A stretch of 64,000 nt of DNA from Candidatus Kapaibacterium sp. (GTDB taxonomy: Bacteria; Bacteroidota; Ignavibacteria; Kapaibacteriales; UBA2268), in the NCBI GenBank assembly GCA_963665665.1, contig OY762428.1:3392001-3456000 (forward strand). Direction: 5' to 3'. Below the pieces are notes generated by a model, which ran no database searches, was not told the DNA's origin, and saw nothing but the letters and a program-made list of their open reading frames with translations. This document shows, piece after piece, positions 52,619-64,000 of this stretch (positions within the stretch are counted from its first letter, which is position 1; every line of letters starts with the position of its first letter). The position numbers were made by a program, and so were the translations under genes.

Positions 52619-53254
52619 ATGAGGATAAAAAAGATGCCAGAAAAAATTGGATTTTCATCTAAGATTAACAGGGATTTTAGTAAGGATGAATGGAAGAAAG
52701 AAAGGTTCAGTATTTTAAAAAAATATTCCTGGCTGATCCCGGCGTTTATTATTATTGGCGGATGCGCAATTCTTCTTTTTGATTTTGCTCTTGCAATGAC
52801 GATTGTGCTGGTAGCAACTAATTTATTAATCACCATATTAATGAGAATTTTCAGGGATAATGTAAAGATAATCGGAGAACTTCAAATCGGGGACGATTTC
52901 CTGAGGATAAAAGAAGAAAAAAGAACCACTGATTTTAACATTAATGAATTAAGTAATATTAAAATTTATTTCAACGGGTGTAAAGAAATTACAGACTATA
53001 ACAGGAATTCCACAGCTTTCTGGAAAATGAACAATATATCATTCACAAAAGATGATAAGGAGTTCTTTTACAGGTTCGAAATAAAAACAGGAAAACAGCA
53101 TGATGATTTAAAAAAAGTAATACAATCATGGTATAATGCGCAAATTAATTTCAAGGAATATTCTTTGAACCAACGATCGTTTTTGTTCAAAAACAATCAG
53201 ACTTATAAGGAAATTCAGGAAATTAAATCTAAATACAATGTTGAATGGGTTTAA
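52619..53254 (+). CDS. hypothetical two-TM membrane protein
   Basis: Two hydrophobic helices followed by a soluble domain. Confidence 0.65.
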   Translation: MRIKKMPEKIGFSSKINRDFSKDEWKKERFSILKKYSWLIPAFIIIGGCAILLFDFALAMTIVLVATNLLITILMRIFRDNVKIIGELQIGDDFLRIKEEKRTTDFNINELSNIKIYFNGCKEITDYNRNSTAFWKMNNISFTKDDKEFFYRFEIKTGKQHDDLKKVIQSWYNAQINFKEYSLNQRSFLFKNNQTYKEIQEIKSKYNVEWV

Positions 53255-53263
53255 ATAAAAAAT

Positions 53264-53303
53264 AAACTCGTCCAACAAAGTGTAATTCTTGGACGAGTTT
53301 TTT
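53264..53303. terminator. bidirectional terminator
   Basis: aaactcgtccaa/ttggacgagttt between convergent genes. Confidence 0.7.
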
Positions 53304-53312
53304 AATTTTAAC

Positions 53313-56300
53313 TTACTTAATCAAGGTAACAATTTCACTAAGCACTATATTCGTTCCGTAAACCCTGACCTGGTAAACTCCCGAACTAAGGCTTGCTGTA
53401 TTAATTTGTACAAGTTTTTCCTTTGCATTTGAAATATTGACTGCCTGCTGATATTGCCTGCTTCCGTTAATGTCATACATGTTTATCTGATATTCGCCAT
53501 CGGGGAAGTTTTTAAGAAGAATATTTAACTCGCTTTCGGCTGGCAAAGGTGATATTTCCATGATAGGTTCCATTGTTATATCCACAAGCCGGCCTTCTTC
53601 AAAGCAGAAACCCTTTATGTCGAGTGAACCGTTCAATGTATCAATATCATATAGATCCGAATCCAGCTTTACATTTAGAAATTCAAGAGGCGACTTTCCG
53701 TTCAGCGGAAGCATTAAAGAACCGCAGAAAAATCCAATATCTTTCTTCTGACTGCTTAATGTTACATTGTCATAATTTAATTCCAAATTAAACTTATTTC
53801 CAGCAAGTGTGTGTCTGTCCTCAGGAAGCATGATATCATAATTCAGGGCAATTTTTAAATACACATCTGTTTCAATTTCACCATTATAATCCTCTGCCCA
53901 TGCTGTTACCGGGATACAGAAATTCTTCTCGCCCGGTTTTCCAACTGTATCGGGCAGGCTGAAAATGATCTTCTGCTTTGCCAAACCGTTTAGAATTACG
54001 CTGTCCTGATATGAGCATTCCTCGCCAAGAAAATCAATATAAAGTTTATCATTATCTGCAACAAGGTCGGTTGGCAGATACTGAATTTGAATTAATCTGC
54101 TTTCACCGGGTTTAATTGTATTTCCTATTATATTATTTATCACTGAAAATTCTCCTGTCTCTTTCAGATAGCAATCAGATATGATTATATCAATATTTCC
54201 GCTGTTATAAATCTCAATATCTTTTTGTTCGGGGAAGTTCAGTTTACTCATAATATCAAGTTTTTCAGGCAGTCTGTATTTAATATTTCCTTTCTCACCT
54301 TCGAGTGGAAAAGTATAGTTTTTTTCTTCTTCGTCAATGAAAATATTGCACGTTAAAGTTGCTTCTTTCATACCTTCAGAACTGCTGGCCGGACGGAATG
54401 TCAGCGTTATATTGAAGACAGAATCAGCCTGCAGGGTAAAAGGTAACGATTTATATGAAGGCTCAAACAACTGGCTTTCAACTCCTGAAATGTCAACTCC
54501 CCTTATTTCAACATCATACTGCCCGGTATTTTTGATATTTAATATCTGTGTTGAATCAGAGCAATATTCCAATAATCCGAAATCATCAAGCTTGCTGAAT
54601 TTCACTTCCGATTTAAGAACATCGGCTGAAACTTTTACGTGAATAGTATCCTCGCAGGGAGTTACGCTGATAATTGATACCAGCGATTCAAAATGGCCGA
54701 ATGTCTCAGGCTTAAACTGGATATCAACCTCGCCTTCGGAATCTGCTTTTATCAATAGATCATCAGGATCAAATTCCAATTCAGTATCGTCACAAATTAT
54801 ATCATTGACCACAACATCAAACTCACTGTTATTCCTGATTTTTAACACGCCGGATAATTCGCCGCAAATGGGGCATGTTCCGAGATAAACATCATCGGCT
54901 TCAATCTTCATCTCGCTTGAAATTCCATATAATGGTATTTTCATCAGGCTGTCATCCGGCAGTGAAGACCTTACATGCAATTCGGCATAATGTTCCCCCG
55001 CCGAGAGCGGCTTATATTTTACGACGAACATGGCAGAATCAAACCTGCTGAATTTTTGATATTTATCCGGATACCCAATCAGTTCGAAATTGTCTGCATC
55101 GCTTCCTGTTATCTCAGGATTGCTAAAACTCGGTGCATGGTAACTGAAGTTAACAATATATGCTGTATCCGGCTTCTCGGAACAATCTGCTATCCTGCCG
55201 AAATAAAGGCTGTCACCCATTAGGTCATAATCATATGCCATACCTGTCAGTACCACGGGATTATATGTTGCACAAATATTTGATGTATCAAATATTTCAA
55301 GTTTCAATGTATCTGAATAGGTACCTGCTATTTCAGGTCTAAATAAAACTCTTACTTTTAAAGTTTCAGAAGGATAAATAATATTTGGTAATTCAGGTTT
55401 TGTCCAAACAATCTGAAATTCATTCGATAATGCTTTTACAGAATCGACTTCTATTGGGATTAATCCACGATTCGAATAAACAGCATCCAGATAGTACGTT
55501 TTACCTGTTTTAATATAACCGAAATCCAGATTTATATTATCTGAAGTCAGTAGATAACTTGCCTGAGTGATAATGATATGAATTTTATCCAATAATTCTG
55601 TTGTCTCATGACACCATATAGAAATATCAGTTTCAAATACTCCTGTTGAATCAGTATTTAAAAATATTCTAATCCCAAGGGTATCGTTAACTTCCATTTT
55701 GGGATGCCTTAAATATTCAGCGCTAAAAAATATATTGTTAGAAACTTTTGGCTCTTTTAAATTTATTTCTTTTTCAGAAAAATTTTTCAAACTAATATCG
55801 ATATAATTATCTTCTCCAATACAGAAGAATTTTGATAAAGTATCAGGGTAGGTTGAGTCACTAGGATCAAAGAATTCTAAAGAATATAAATTTGAAATTT
55901 GATATTTCATCAGAAAAGTATTGGGATACTTTTTCTTGTTATAGCCGTTAATCATTGTAAATTCTCTGTTTTCCTTATCATCTTTTCGAATATGTTCTCC
56001 TTCCATTGAATATCCGCTAATATAAAGTGTAGAAGGAGAAACATAGCTGATTGAATTTATTCTGTTATTATTCCAGTAGTTTACATAACTACCCCTTTCG
56101 AATAATTGATGATCATCTATTATTCGGCCTGCTGGATTTAGAATTGCAATATTATAGTAAGAATGATTATATTCATATCTGACAAATTCTTTATAAATAA
56201 AAACAAAACCATCTTCGCTTACTTCGCAGGTATATTTTGTTGGTGTTGAAACATAAGAATCAGGAAAATAAACTTCCCAATTTTTAACACCGTCTCTGTT

Positions 56301-57086
56301 AATTTGGGCAAGCCTTAAAATTTTATTACCATCATTTTTTATATAATAAACATCGTTTTTTTCGGAATAACTCAATGAACTTCCATATCTCCAATTAATT
56401 TTCGAAGTATATTCTTGTCCTTCCTTGTAATATGAATATACCAAATCGAGTCCAAGTATGGTGTTCTTCTTTTCAATAAACATAAAGTTGTCAATGTTAA
56501 TTTCAACTAATTCCAGGCTATAATTTCCATTTTGATAACAAAGCCCTGCTATTTTGCTTTCTTTTTCAATAAAAACTATGTCAAGAAATCTGCGATAGGA
56601 TACATGTTCAATAAGTTCCAGATCAGAATTGTATATAAATAGTTGATATGAAGTTGTTAAACAATAAATATTGCCCTTTTTATCAATAATCATTCTTGAA
56701 ATATATCCTTTTGTAGCAATAATTTTTACAACTTCTTTATTTTTAATTTTAAACAATCTCCTGGTAGTAGCAAAATAAATGCAGTTATTGGAATCAATAG
56801 CAATTTCTAACGGAGTTTCGGATACTCCGTCACTTATTATTTTAAAATGCCATTTTTCTTCCGAATCCGGATATCTTGTAGCAATATAAATATCATTCCA
56901 AATTTCTTCAGTACCTATATTTTGATCTATATAAAAATAAACCGGATTATTATCCTTATCTGTTGTTACCTTTATATCATCATAAACACCAACCCAGGCT
57001 CCCCATTCTTTTTCTATCTCATATTCAGACGAATAGAGAGAATTTGAGAAAAAAAAGACCAATACAAGCAGTAAAATATGTTTCAA
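53313..57086 (-). CDS. large T9SS-secreted surface protein with N-terminal propeller-like region and repeated Ig-like (choice-of-anchor D/ASH-type) domains
   Basis: TTG start and signal; repeats LDFG...N.G...I....F.P...G; CTD ISPLPA...SSGVYQV. Confidence 0.8.
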   Translation of the reverse strand: MKHILLLVLVFFFSNSLYSSEYEIEKEWGAWVGVYDDIKVTTDKDNNPVYFYIDQNIGTEEIWNDIYIATRYPDSEEKWHFKIISDGVSETPLEIAIDSNNCIYFATTRRLFKIKNKEVVKIIATKGYISRMIIDKKGNIYCLTTSYQLFIYNSDLELIEHVSYRRFLDIVFIEKESKIAGLCYQNGNYSLELVEINIDNFMFIEKKNTILGLDLVYSYYKEGQEYTSKINWRYGSSLSYSEKNDVYYIKNDGNKILRLAQINRDGVKNWEVYFPDSYVSTPTKYTCEVSEDGFVFIYKEFVRYEYNHSYYNIAILNPAGRIIDDHQLFERGSYVNYWNNNRINSISYVSPSTLYISGYSMEGEHIRKDDKENREFTMINGYNKKKYPNTFLMKYQISNLYSLEFFDPSDSTYPDTLSKFFCIGEDNYIDISLKNFSEKEINLKEPKVSNNIFFSAEYLRHPKMEVNDTLGIRIFLNTDSTGVFETDISIWCHETTELLDKIHIIITQASYLLTSDNINLDFGYIKTGKTYYLDAVYSNRGLIPIEVDSVKALSNEFQIVWTKPELPNIIYPSETLKVRVLFRPEIAGTYSDTLKLEIFDTSNICATYNPVVLTGMAYDYDLMGDSLYFGRIADCSEKPDTAYIVNFSYHAPSFSNPEITGSDADNFELIGYPDKYQKFSRFDSAMFVVKYKPLSAGEHYAELHVRSSLPDDSLMKIPLYGISSEMKIEADDVYLGTCPICGELSGVLKIRNNSEFDVVVNDIICDDTELEFDPDDLLIKADSEGEVDIQFKPETFGHFESLVSIISVTPCEDTIHVKVSADVLKSEVKFSKLDDFGLLEYCSDSTQILNIKNTGQYDVEIRGVDISGVESQLFEPSYKSLPFTLQADSVFNITLTFRPASSSEGMKEATLTCNIFIDEEEKNYTFPLEGEKGNIKYRLPEKLDIMSKLNFPEQKDIEIYNSGNIDIIISDCYLKETGEFSVINNIIGNTIKPGESRLIQIQYLPTDLVADNDKLYIDFLGEECSYQDSVILNGLAKQKIIFSLPDTVGKPGEKNFCIPVTAWAEDYNGEIETDVYLKIALNYDIMLPEDRHTLAGNKFNLELNYDNVTLSSQKKDIGFFCGSLMLPLNGKSPLEFLNVKLDSDLYDIDTLNGSLDIKGFCFEEGRLVDITMEPIMEISPLPAESELNILLKNFPDGEYQINMYDINGSRQYQQAVNISNAKEKLVQINTASLSSGVYQVRVYGTNIVLSEIVTLIK

Positions 57087-57320
57087 GTTACCTCCAACAA
57101 TATTAATATAACATTTTCTTATCTTCGACCGGGCTATTGTTTTATTGTCATATTGATGAATTCGTCTTCCATAATTTATAACAAATGAAAATCAGAATAA
57201 TTACGAGGTTTTTTAAATAATTCTATCTTACACAATACTTTTATTATAGAATAATGATTTTTGAAAAAAAATTAGCAATTTTGTAGTTCTGAATTTGATA
57301 ACAAAATAAAAGTATTTGAA

Positions 57321-59176
<1,856 letters not shown>

Positions 59177-59189
59177 TTTTCAGAATCAG

Positions 59190-59225
59190 ATCATCCGATT
59201 TCTTCAAGTTATCGGATGATTTTTT
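59190..59225 (+). terminator. intrinsic terminator after cysS-ubiquitin
   Basis: atcatccgat/atcggatgat followed by T run. Confidence 0.7.
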
Positions 59226-59258
59226 CTGTATACCCTAAGCCTTCCCAAAGCTTTATAA

Positions 59259-59350
59259 CCCACAGCAACAGCAACGATACAGTTACAATAATCATTTGCG
59301 GGAATAATAAAGATTGATTAAGTTCCGGCAATCAATAACTAAGCAAAAAA
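59259..59350 (+). repeat. ~90-bp conserved leader, copy 2
   Basis: Matches 45462-45553. Confidence 0.85.
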
Positions 59351-59354
59351 CCAT

Positions 59355-59425
59355 GAGACATTTTATTATCTTACGTGTCATTGAAATAAATCGAATATAG
59401 ATAAAGATGACCGACGCCTTCAAGG
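59355..59425 (+). repeat. 71-bp direct repeat, copy 1 (copy 2 at 61373-61443)
   Basis: gagacattttattatcttac...gatgaccgacgccttcaagg, 69/71 identical. Confidence 0.9.
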
Positions 59426-59462
59426 TGTCGGACAACTGAAGAAACATCAAAGGGGCTTTACC

Positions 59463-60743
59463 ATGAAGAAACTAATTTTATTCACAGCAATTTTATCATT
59501 CTTATTTTCTGCCGGGGCTATTGCCGGGGAGCAGGATACTATTTGGACGAAATCCGGATTGTTTGGGGCTATTGACGTATACTTTACGAATGACGACCAG
59601 ACGATTATTACCAACAAGAAAAACAAGATTGTTGAACTCGATGTAATCACTGGTGATATTTTAAGGGAATCTGATTCAATTTTAACATATTTTAAGGAAT
59701 TGGAATTATCAGTTCAGGGAAATTTAATTTTCATTCTTCATTCAGCTCAGGATTATGCATCATTAGTCAGATATAACGATTTTAGTATTATTCATAAAAT
59801 CAATGTTAAAGATTCAAACTGGCTTCCACATTCAATAGCAATTTCTGCTGATGAACAAAATCTCGCTATTGGAGTTTACGATAGGGATAAATATGTCAGT
59901 TATATTCTGATTTATGATACTGATACAGGCGATTTATTAAGAAAGATTGAATCAAACCAGACTGCAAAGGATTTAAAATATTCTCCTGAAGGGAGCTATC
60001 TTGCAGCTGTAACAGCCGCCTATGATTATCATGATTACCCTGAAGACCCTACTTATTACGTTCAGCTATATGACGCAAAGACATATCAGCATGTTAAACA
60101 ATTAGATCAAACAACATGGCGGACTCAAAAAATTACAGCAATTGATTTTAACAAAGATGGATCACTTATATTTGAATCATGTAGGCAAAAAAATTCAATT
60201 GTATGGAATATTGATGATTATAATATGTTTAAAGAATATTCTTTTAATACTTTTGTTGGTTTCATGAAATCAACATATGATAGAAAATACACTGCAATTA
60301 CTGCCTTAGACTACAATAGTTTAAAACTATATATCTATGACAATGAAAAAAATAAAATGATTCATAAATATCCTTATGATATTTCAGATTTTGACATAAG
60401 TAATAACCAGAACTTAATAATTGGAAAAATCGGAGGAACTTTTAATTTACTTATTCCCTATTGGAATATGAATGATGTTAGTAATGAAGAAACAAAAACA
60501 ACTTTAATAGTAGATTATTCAAAAGGATTACTGTCAATAGATTATGAATTAAAAAGTCCTATTCAAACTAAAATTAATCTCTTCGACAACACGGGTAAAA
60601 TGATAAAATCAATATTTTCTGGCTTATCACAAGAAGGGATGAATCGCATTGAAGAAAGCATTGATCTGATTTCAGGGGTTTATCATTTGCAGGTAAAAAT
60701 GGGTAAGAGTGAAATGGTGAAGAAATTTTTGGTGGTAAGGTAG
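59463..60743 (+). CDS. secreted WD40-like beta-propeller protein with T9SS C-terminal domain
   Basis: Paralog of 45647-46924 (AGEQDT.WTK, KDSNWLPHSIAISAD, YDAKTY). Confidence 0.82.
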   Translation: MKKLILFTAILSFLFSAGAIAGEQDTIWTKSGLFGAIDVYFTNDDQTIITNKKNKIVELDVITGDILRESDSILTYFKELELSVQGNLIFILHSAQDYASLVRYNDFSIIHKINVKDSNWLPHSIAISADEQNLAIGVYDRDKYVSYILIYDTDTGDLLRKIESNQTAKDLKYSPEGSYLAAVTAAYDYHDYPEDPTYYVQLYDAKTYQHVKQLDQTTWRTQKITAIDFNKDGSLIFESCRQKNSIVWNIDDYNMFKEYSFNTFVGFMKSTYDRKYTAITALDYNSLKLYIYDNEKNKMIHKYPYDISDFDISNNQNLIIGKIGGTFNLLIPYWNMNDVSNEETKTTLIVDYSKGLLSIDYELKSPIQTKINLFDNTGKMIKSIFSGLSQEGMNRIEESIDLISGVYHLQVKMGKSEMVKKFLVVR

Positions 60744-60850
60744 GAGTGTTTTTGCTTTCCTTTCTGCTAAAAATTATTAAATATTTGGAAGGGATGAATT
60801 TATTAATTATATTATTTTCAGTTGATTTATTAACGACTTCAATATTGGCT

Positions 60851-61063
60851 ATGGATATTTTAAGCTATATAACTAACGACAGAGGCGAGAAGATCGCCCT
60901 GCAAATTAATCTGAAAAACAAGGGCCAAATTTCCCCCGAGGATTTGGAGGAACTGGAAGATATTATCAGCTATGAACTCCTGAAGGATAGCGAATCGCTT
61001 GATTACGATGAGGAAATCGAACAATTACTGAATAAAAAATCCGCCGATGACATACCGGCTTAA
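60851..61063 (+). CDS. putative type II antitoxin
   Basis: 70 aa, acidic (LEELEDII); YITNDRGEKIALQI N-terminus; overlaps the start of a relE-like pseudogene. Confidence 0.6.
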   Translation: MDILSYITNDRGEKIALQINLKNKGQISPEDLEELEDIISYELLKDSESLDYDEEIEQLLNKKSADDIPA

Positions 61064-61309
61064 GATAAAAAGAAACGCCCTGAAGCAGTTGGAAAAACTT
61101 CCTCCCTAAACAATTCGCCTGATTGATTCGAAAATACAGCAACTCAAAAAGAACCCCTTTGCAGGAGATGTTAAAAAATTAAAAATTATGACGGGCTTTT
61201 CAGGCTGAGAGTATCAAATTACAGGATACTATTCACAGTTTTCCATGATATTCTGATAATTGAAATTATCTCGATTGCTCACAGAAAGGATGTTTACAAG
61301 AAACTATGA
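61047..61309 (+). pseudogene. relE: RelE/ParE-family toxin pseudogene
   Basis: Reconstructed MTYRLKIKRNALKQLEKLPP*TIRLIDSKIQQLKKNPFAGDVKKL/NYDGLFRLRVSNYRILF...IAHRKDVYKKL; TAA at 61107-61109 and a frameshift in the A run near 61181. Confidence 0.85.
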
Positions 61310-61372
61310 TTTGTATGTCCAACCAAAGCACGGACAGAAAAAAGAAGTCGAAGGATGGTATAGTAAAACCCC

Positions 61373-61443
61373 GAGACATTTTATTATCTTACATGTCATT
61401 GAAATAAATCGAATATTGATAAAGATGACCGACGCCTTCAAGG
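61373..61443 (+). repeat. 71-bp direct repeat, copy 2
   Basis: Matches 59355-59425. Confidence 0.9.
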
Positions 61444-61482
61444 GTAATCCACCCGCCCTTCGGGTATCCTTCGAGATTCCGC

Positions 61483-62397
61483 CTATCCCACCGCCACCAC
61501 AGCGCTTATCAGCCCGTAGCCATTATGGTTGCGCGCGCGGACGGCATACTCTGCCGGACTCTCCGGCGGTGGCAGCTTGGCGCTCAGATCGCGTCCCCGC
61601 CAGGCTTTCCGCCATTTTTTACCCTTTTTTGCGCCGCGCGTCACAATCTCGTAGCTCGTCGCGCCCTCCACTTCCGGCCAGGAAAAAATTTCCTGCGTGG
61701 CATCATAGTCAAAATCCGCCGGAGCCTCCGGCCTGTGCGGGTTTCCGCGCCTTTTCAGGTTCACCATCCCGATTTTCTGGATCAGCACCGAATCCTTGCC
61801 CATCACCCCGCGCCACCAGCCCTTCAGCAAGGTCAGCAGCCACTCGTCGGCCTTCATCAGCTCCTTCAGCTCCGCAGTACTGTGCATCGCGCGCTTCTTC
61901 TTCTGCTCCTGCTCCTCCAGCGCCTGCTCCGTTTCGGCAATCGCCGCAGCCAGCCTGTCGATCATCAGCTGCGGAATAGTTTTCGGCAGCCCCTCCTGAA
62001 CGTGCCGGTTGTGCACTTCAATAATTAGCTCGGCCCTTGAAAGCATCTCCAGGCGCGACTTTGGGAACCTCAGCCCAAAATCAAAATCCTTCAGATGCTT
62101 CTGATCATCCGCGTAAATCGGAATACCCAACGCCCGCACAATCTGATAACATTCCGTCAGCTCCCTAAGGATGTTCTGCACCGAAAAGGTCTGTGAATGC
62201 CACTGCGCAGTGTCCACCGCCGACGAACTAATCTTATTCATGAATATATCATAGCAGTCCTCAGCCCAAATACAGATTTCCTGCGGCGCATGAAGCTCAT
62301 CACGAATAAAATCATGATTATCCTGAATTTTTCTAAGCCTTTCAGCCCTGATATCATGAGTATCCTGCGAGAAATTATTGTTTAGTATTACAGACAT
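61483..62397 (-). CDS. hypothetical protein: helical N-terminal region plus C-terminal fibronectin type III-like domain
   Basis: 304 aa; GGGGAG RBS; PEAP..FSWPEVEGATSYEI...YAVRARNHNGYG FN3 pattern; no signal peptide. Confidence 0.75.
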   Translation of the reverse strand: MSVILNNNFSQDTHDIRAERLRKIQDNHDFIRDELHAPQEICIWAEDCYDIFMNKISSSAVDTAQWHSQTFSVQNILRELTECYQIVRALGIPIYADDQKHLKDFDFGLRFPKSRLEMLSRAELIIEVHNRHVQEGLPKTIPQLMIDRLAAAIAETEQALEEQEQKKKRAMHSTAELKELMKADEWLLTLLKGWWRGVMGKDSVLIQKIGMVNLKRRGNPHRPEAPADFDYDATQEIFSWPEVEGATSYEIVTRGAKKGKKWRKAWRGRDLSAKLPPPESPAEYAVRARNHNGYGLISAVVAVG

Positions 62398-62525
62398 TAT
62401 ATCTCCCCGATATATAATATGATTACTAATATTAATATAAGTAATTAAATTATAAGTTCAAAGAAATAATCTACTTATACAACAAATAATATAATAACAA
62501 TTAATATTTATCTATAATAATTGAG

Positions 62526-62672
62526 TAATTCCCATGTTAAAAACCATAAATAATCAATCAGAATTATTAAATAACATATCTATATTGGTAAATAATTAAT
62601 TCATAATATTAATTCCAATTCATTTCATATTAAATAAACAGCCTTATTTAGTAAAAAACAGATTAGCCTAAT
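62526..62672. repeat. degenerate AT-rich 21-bp periodic array
   Basis: TAAATAA/TAATT unit starts at 62526, 62547, 62568, 62589, 62610, 62631, 62652. Confidence 0.5.
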
Positions 62673-62984
62673 AAATTATAATACTTTATTATATAATTGG
62701 ATAAATAAATTATACAATTAGCATAACTCACTATTTTATCATATACATAAATTAATTAATAATATGAATAAGGAATTTAGTTAGATAAACTATATCAAGC
62801 ATAAAATAGATTAAATATTTAATAAAATATAACGATAAAATATAAATTTATGATGATTATATACTCTGATAAATAAAATATATAATAAATCACACTTACT
62901 AAATATTAACCAGATTATACGATACTAACCAATTGCACACACCAAATCATTTACAGGATTAGGCTTCATTCAAATAATCCGCAT

Positions 62985-63194
62985 ATTTATTATTTTGAAA
63001 TAAAGAATCAGAATTATAGTACAAATATTCAGACTTTCCCGATATTGATTCACAATATTGAAAGTAAGAATCATAATTGTGAGATAAAGAATTGATATTC
63101 TAATCAAATAAATCATTATTATAATATAAATCTTCGGAATTATGGCTTACAGGATCGTAATTCTGTGGCAATTATTCGTAATTATGATATAAAT
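62985..63194. repeat. degenerate 21-bp periodic array
   Basis: Units aatcagaattatagtacaaat, attcacaatattgaaagtaag, aatcataattgtgagataaag, aatcattattataatataaat, attcgtaattatgatataaat in exact 21-bp register. Confidence 0.7.
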
Positions 63195-63259
63195 TAAAGC
63201 AAATCCGCCGCAGGAGGACATTCTTATCCCTCATCCCCCTGTTTATCGGAATGAAGGAT

Positions 63260-63698
63260 AGCGGCGTAGCCGCGACATTTTTGTAGTAAATCGATCCCGG
63301 GATGAACAACAGCCCCGTCGGGGCGGCATTTACATTTCAGATGTCGCTCCTACGGAGCTTTGAATGAAGATTATGCAAATATTATCTACAAAAATTCCGC
63401 TCCTACGGAGCTTTTTATATGATTTCGCTGCTCTTGCAACTGAGGAAGTCCACATTTACTTTGCAGATAATGTATAAAGAATGGATACTTCGCTTCGCTC
63501 AGTATGACAATCCATGCGCCGGCGTGGGACAGGTGATTTTCCCTCCTTCCCAAGCCCCGCTTGGGAAGGAATATTTCCTGCAAAGTTCTACTTTGGAATT
63601 ATGAAGCTCAGCTTCAAAAGAAAACTGCATTACGAAGTACAACTTCGTAATGAGGGGGAATGCATAAAGAATGGATAGTTCGCTCCGCTCAATATGAC
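63260..63698. repeat. mosaic of palindromic REP-like elements, copy of 48556-49026
   Basis: Same ordered blocks as 48556-49026. Confidence 0.85.
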
Positions 63699-63780
63699 AA
63701 ATGGCAAAATTCAGAATAAAGAGATATTGAGTCTAAACTGTTTTAATGGATTCTGATATTTATGCTGAGTAGAAATTGTA

Positions 63781-63819
63781 TGACTACATCCGATATTTGA
63801 CAGTTATCGGATGTAGTCA
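63781..63819 (-). terminator. hairpin downstream of ispH
   Basis: tgactacatccgata/tatcggatgtagtca 15-bp inverted repeat. Confidence 0.55.
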
Positions 63820-63829
63820 GTTTGATTGA

Positions 63830-64000
63830 TTATAAACTACTGATTGTATCTTCAATACATTCTTTCACTTTTTTCAGATACCACTGCGGGGTGCTTGTGG
63901 CTCCTGTTATTCCAAGCGAGTTAATTCCGTCGAACCATTTGTAATCAATTTCTTTAATGTCCTCAATAAAAAATGTTTTATCATTTACAGAACTGCATAT
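63830..64000 (-). CDS. ispH: 4-hydroxy-3-methylbut-2-enyl diphosphate reductase, 3' end (partial, not in the ORF track)
   Basis: Manual translation ICSSVNDKTFFIEDIKEIDYKWFDGINSLGITGATSTPQWYLKKVKECIEDTISSL*; GITGATSTP.W is the IspH/LytB C-terminal motif. Confidence 0.85.
   Translation of the reverse strand: MCSSVNDKTFFIEDIKEIDYKWFDGINSLGITGATSTPQWYLKKVKECIEDTISSL

Noticed and set aside
61260-62028. Plus-strand ORFs of 239 and 167 aa
   Set aside because: Shadow frames of the GC-rich minus-strand gene 61483-62397, with low-complexity P/S/R/A composition.

Overview
AT-rich bacterial chromosome segment from the FCB group, probably Ignavibacteria/Kapabacteria-like, judging by the many T9SS-type C-terminal domains and the Bacteroidota-type ECF modules. 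Housekeeping genes are smc, tRNA-Pro(TGG), nusB, mlaEF/mlaD, an RSH gene, pyrF, an rnfCDGEA-x-apbE-rnfB-rseC operon, ppk1, cysS and the 3' end of ispH. These are interleaved with secreted-protein genes and repeat-rich intergenic DNA. The strongest find is a near-eukaryotic ubiquitin (69/76 residues identical to human ubiquitin as recalled). It has an N-terminal signal peptide, PP in place of the terminal GG, and a C-terminal IPTL-CTERM-like sorting tail, and it is translationally coupled to cysS, which suggests a non-conjugatable, envelope-anchored ubiquitin. Other notable items: two oppositely oriented 21-bp arrays meeting at a perfect palindrome; degenerate 21-bp arrays upstream of a compositionally atypical helical/FN3-like gene; two paralogous cassettes built around a beta-propeller T9SS gene; a long RSH with a degenerate synthetase domain; two ECF sigma/beta-barrel anti-sigma/lipoprotein triads sharing a promoter-like motif; a tandem duplication of T9SS plus Cys-rich genes; and a doubly broken relE. 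All calls are from reading the sequence; no searches were run.
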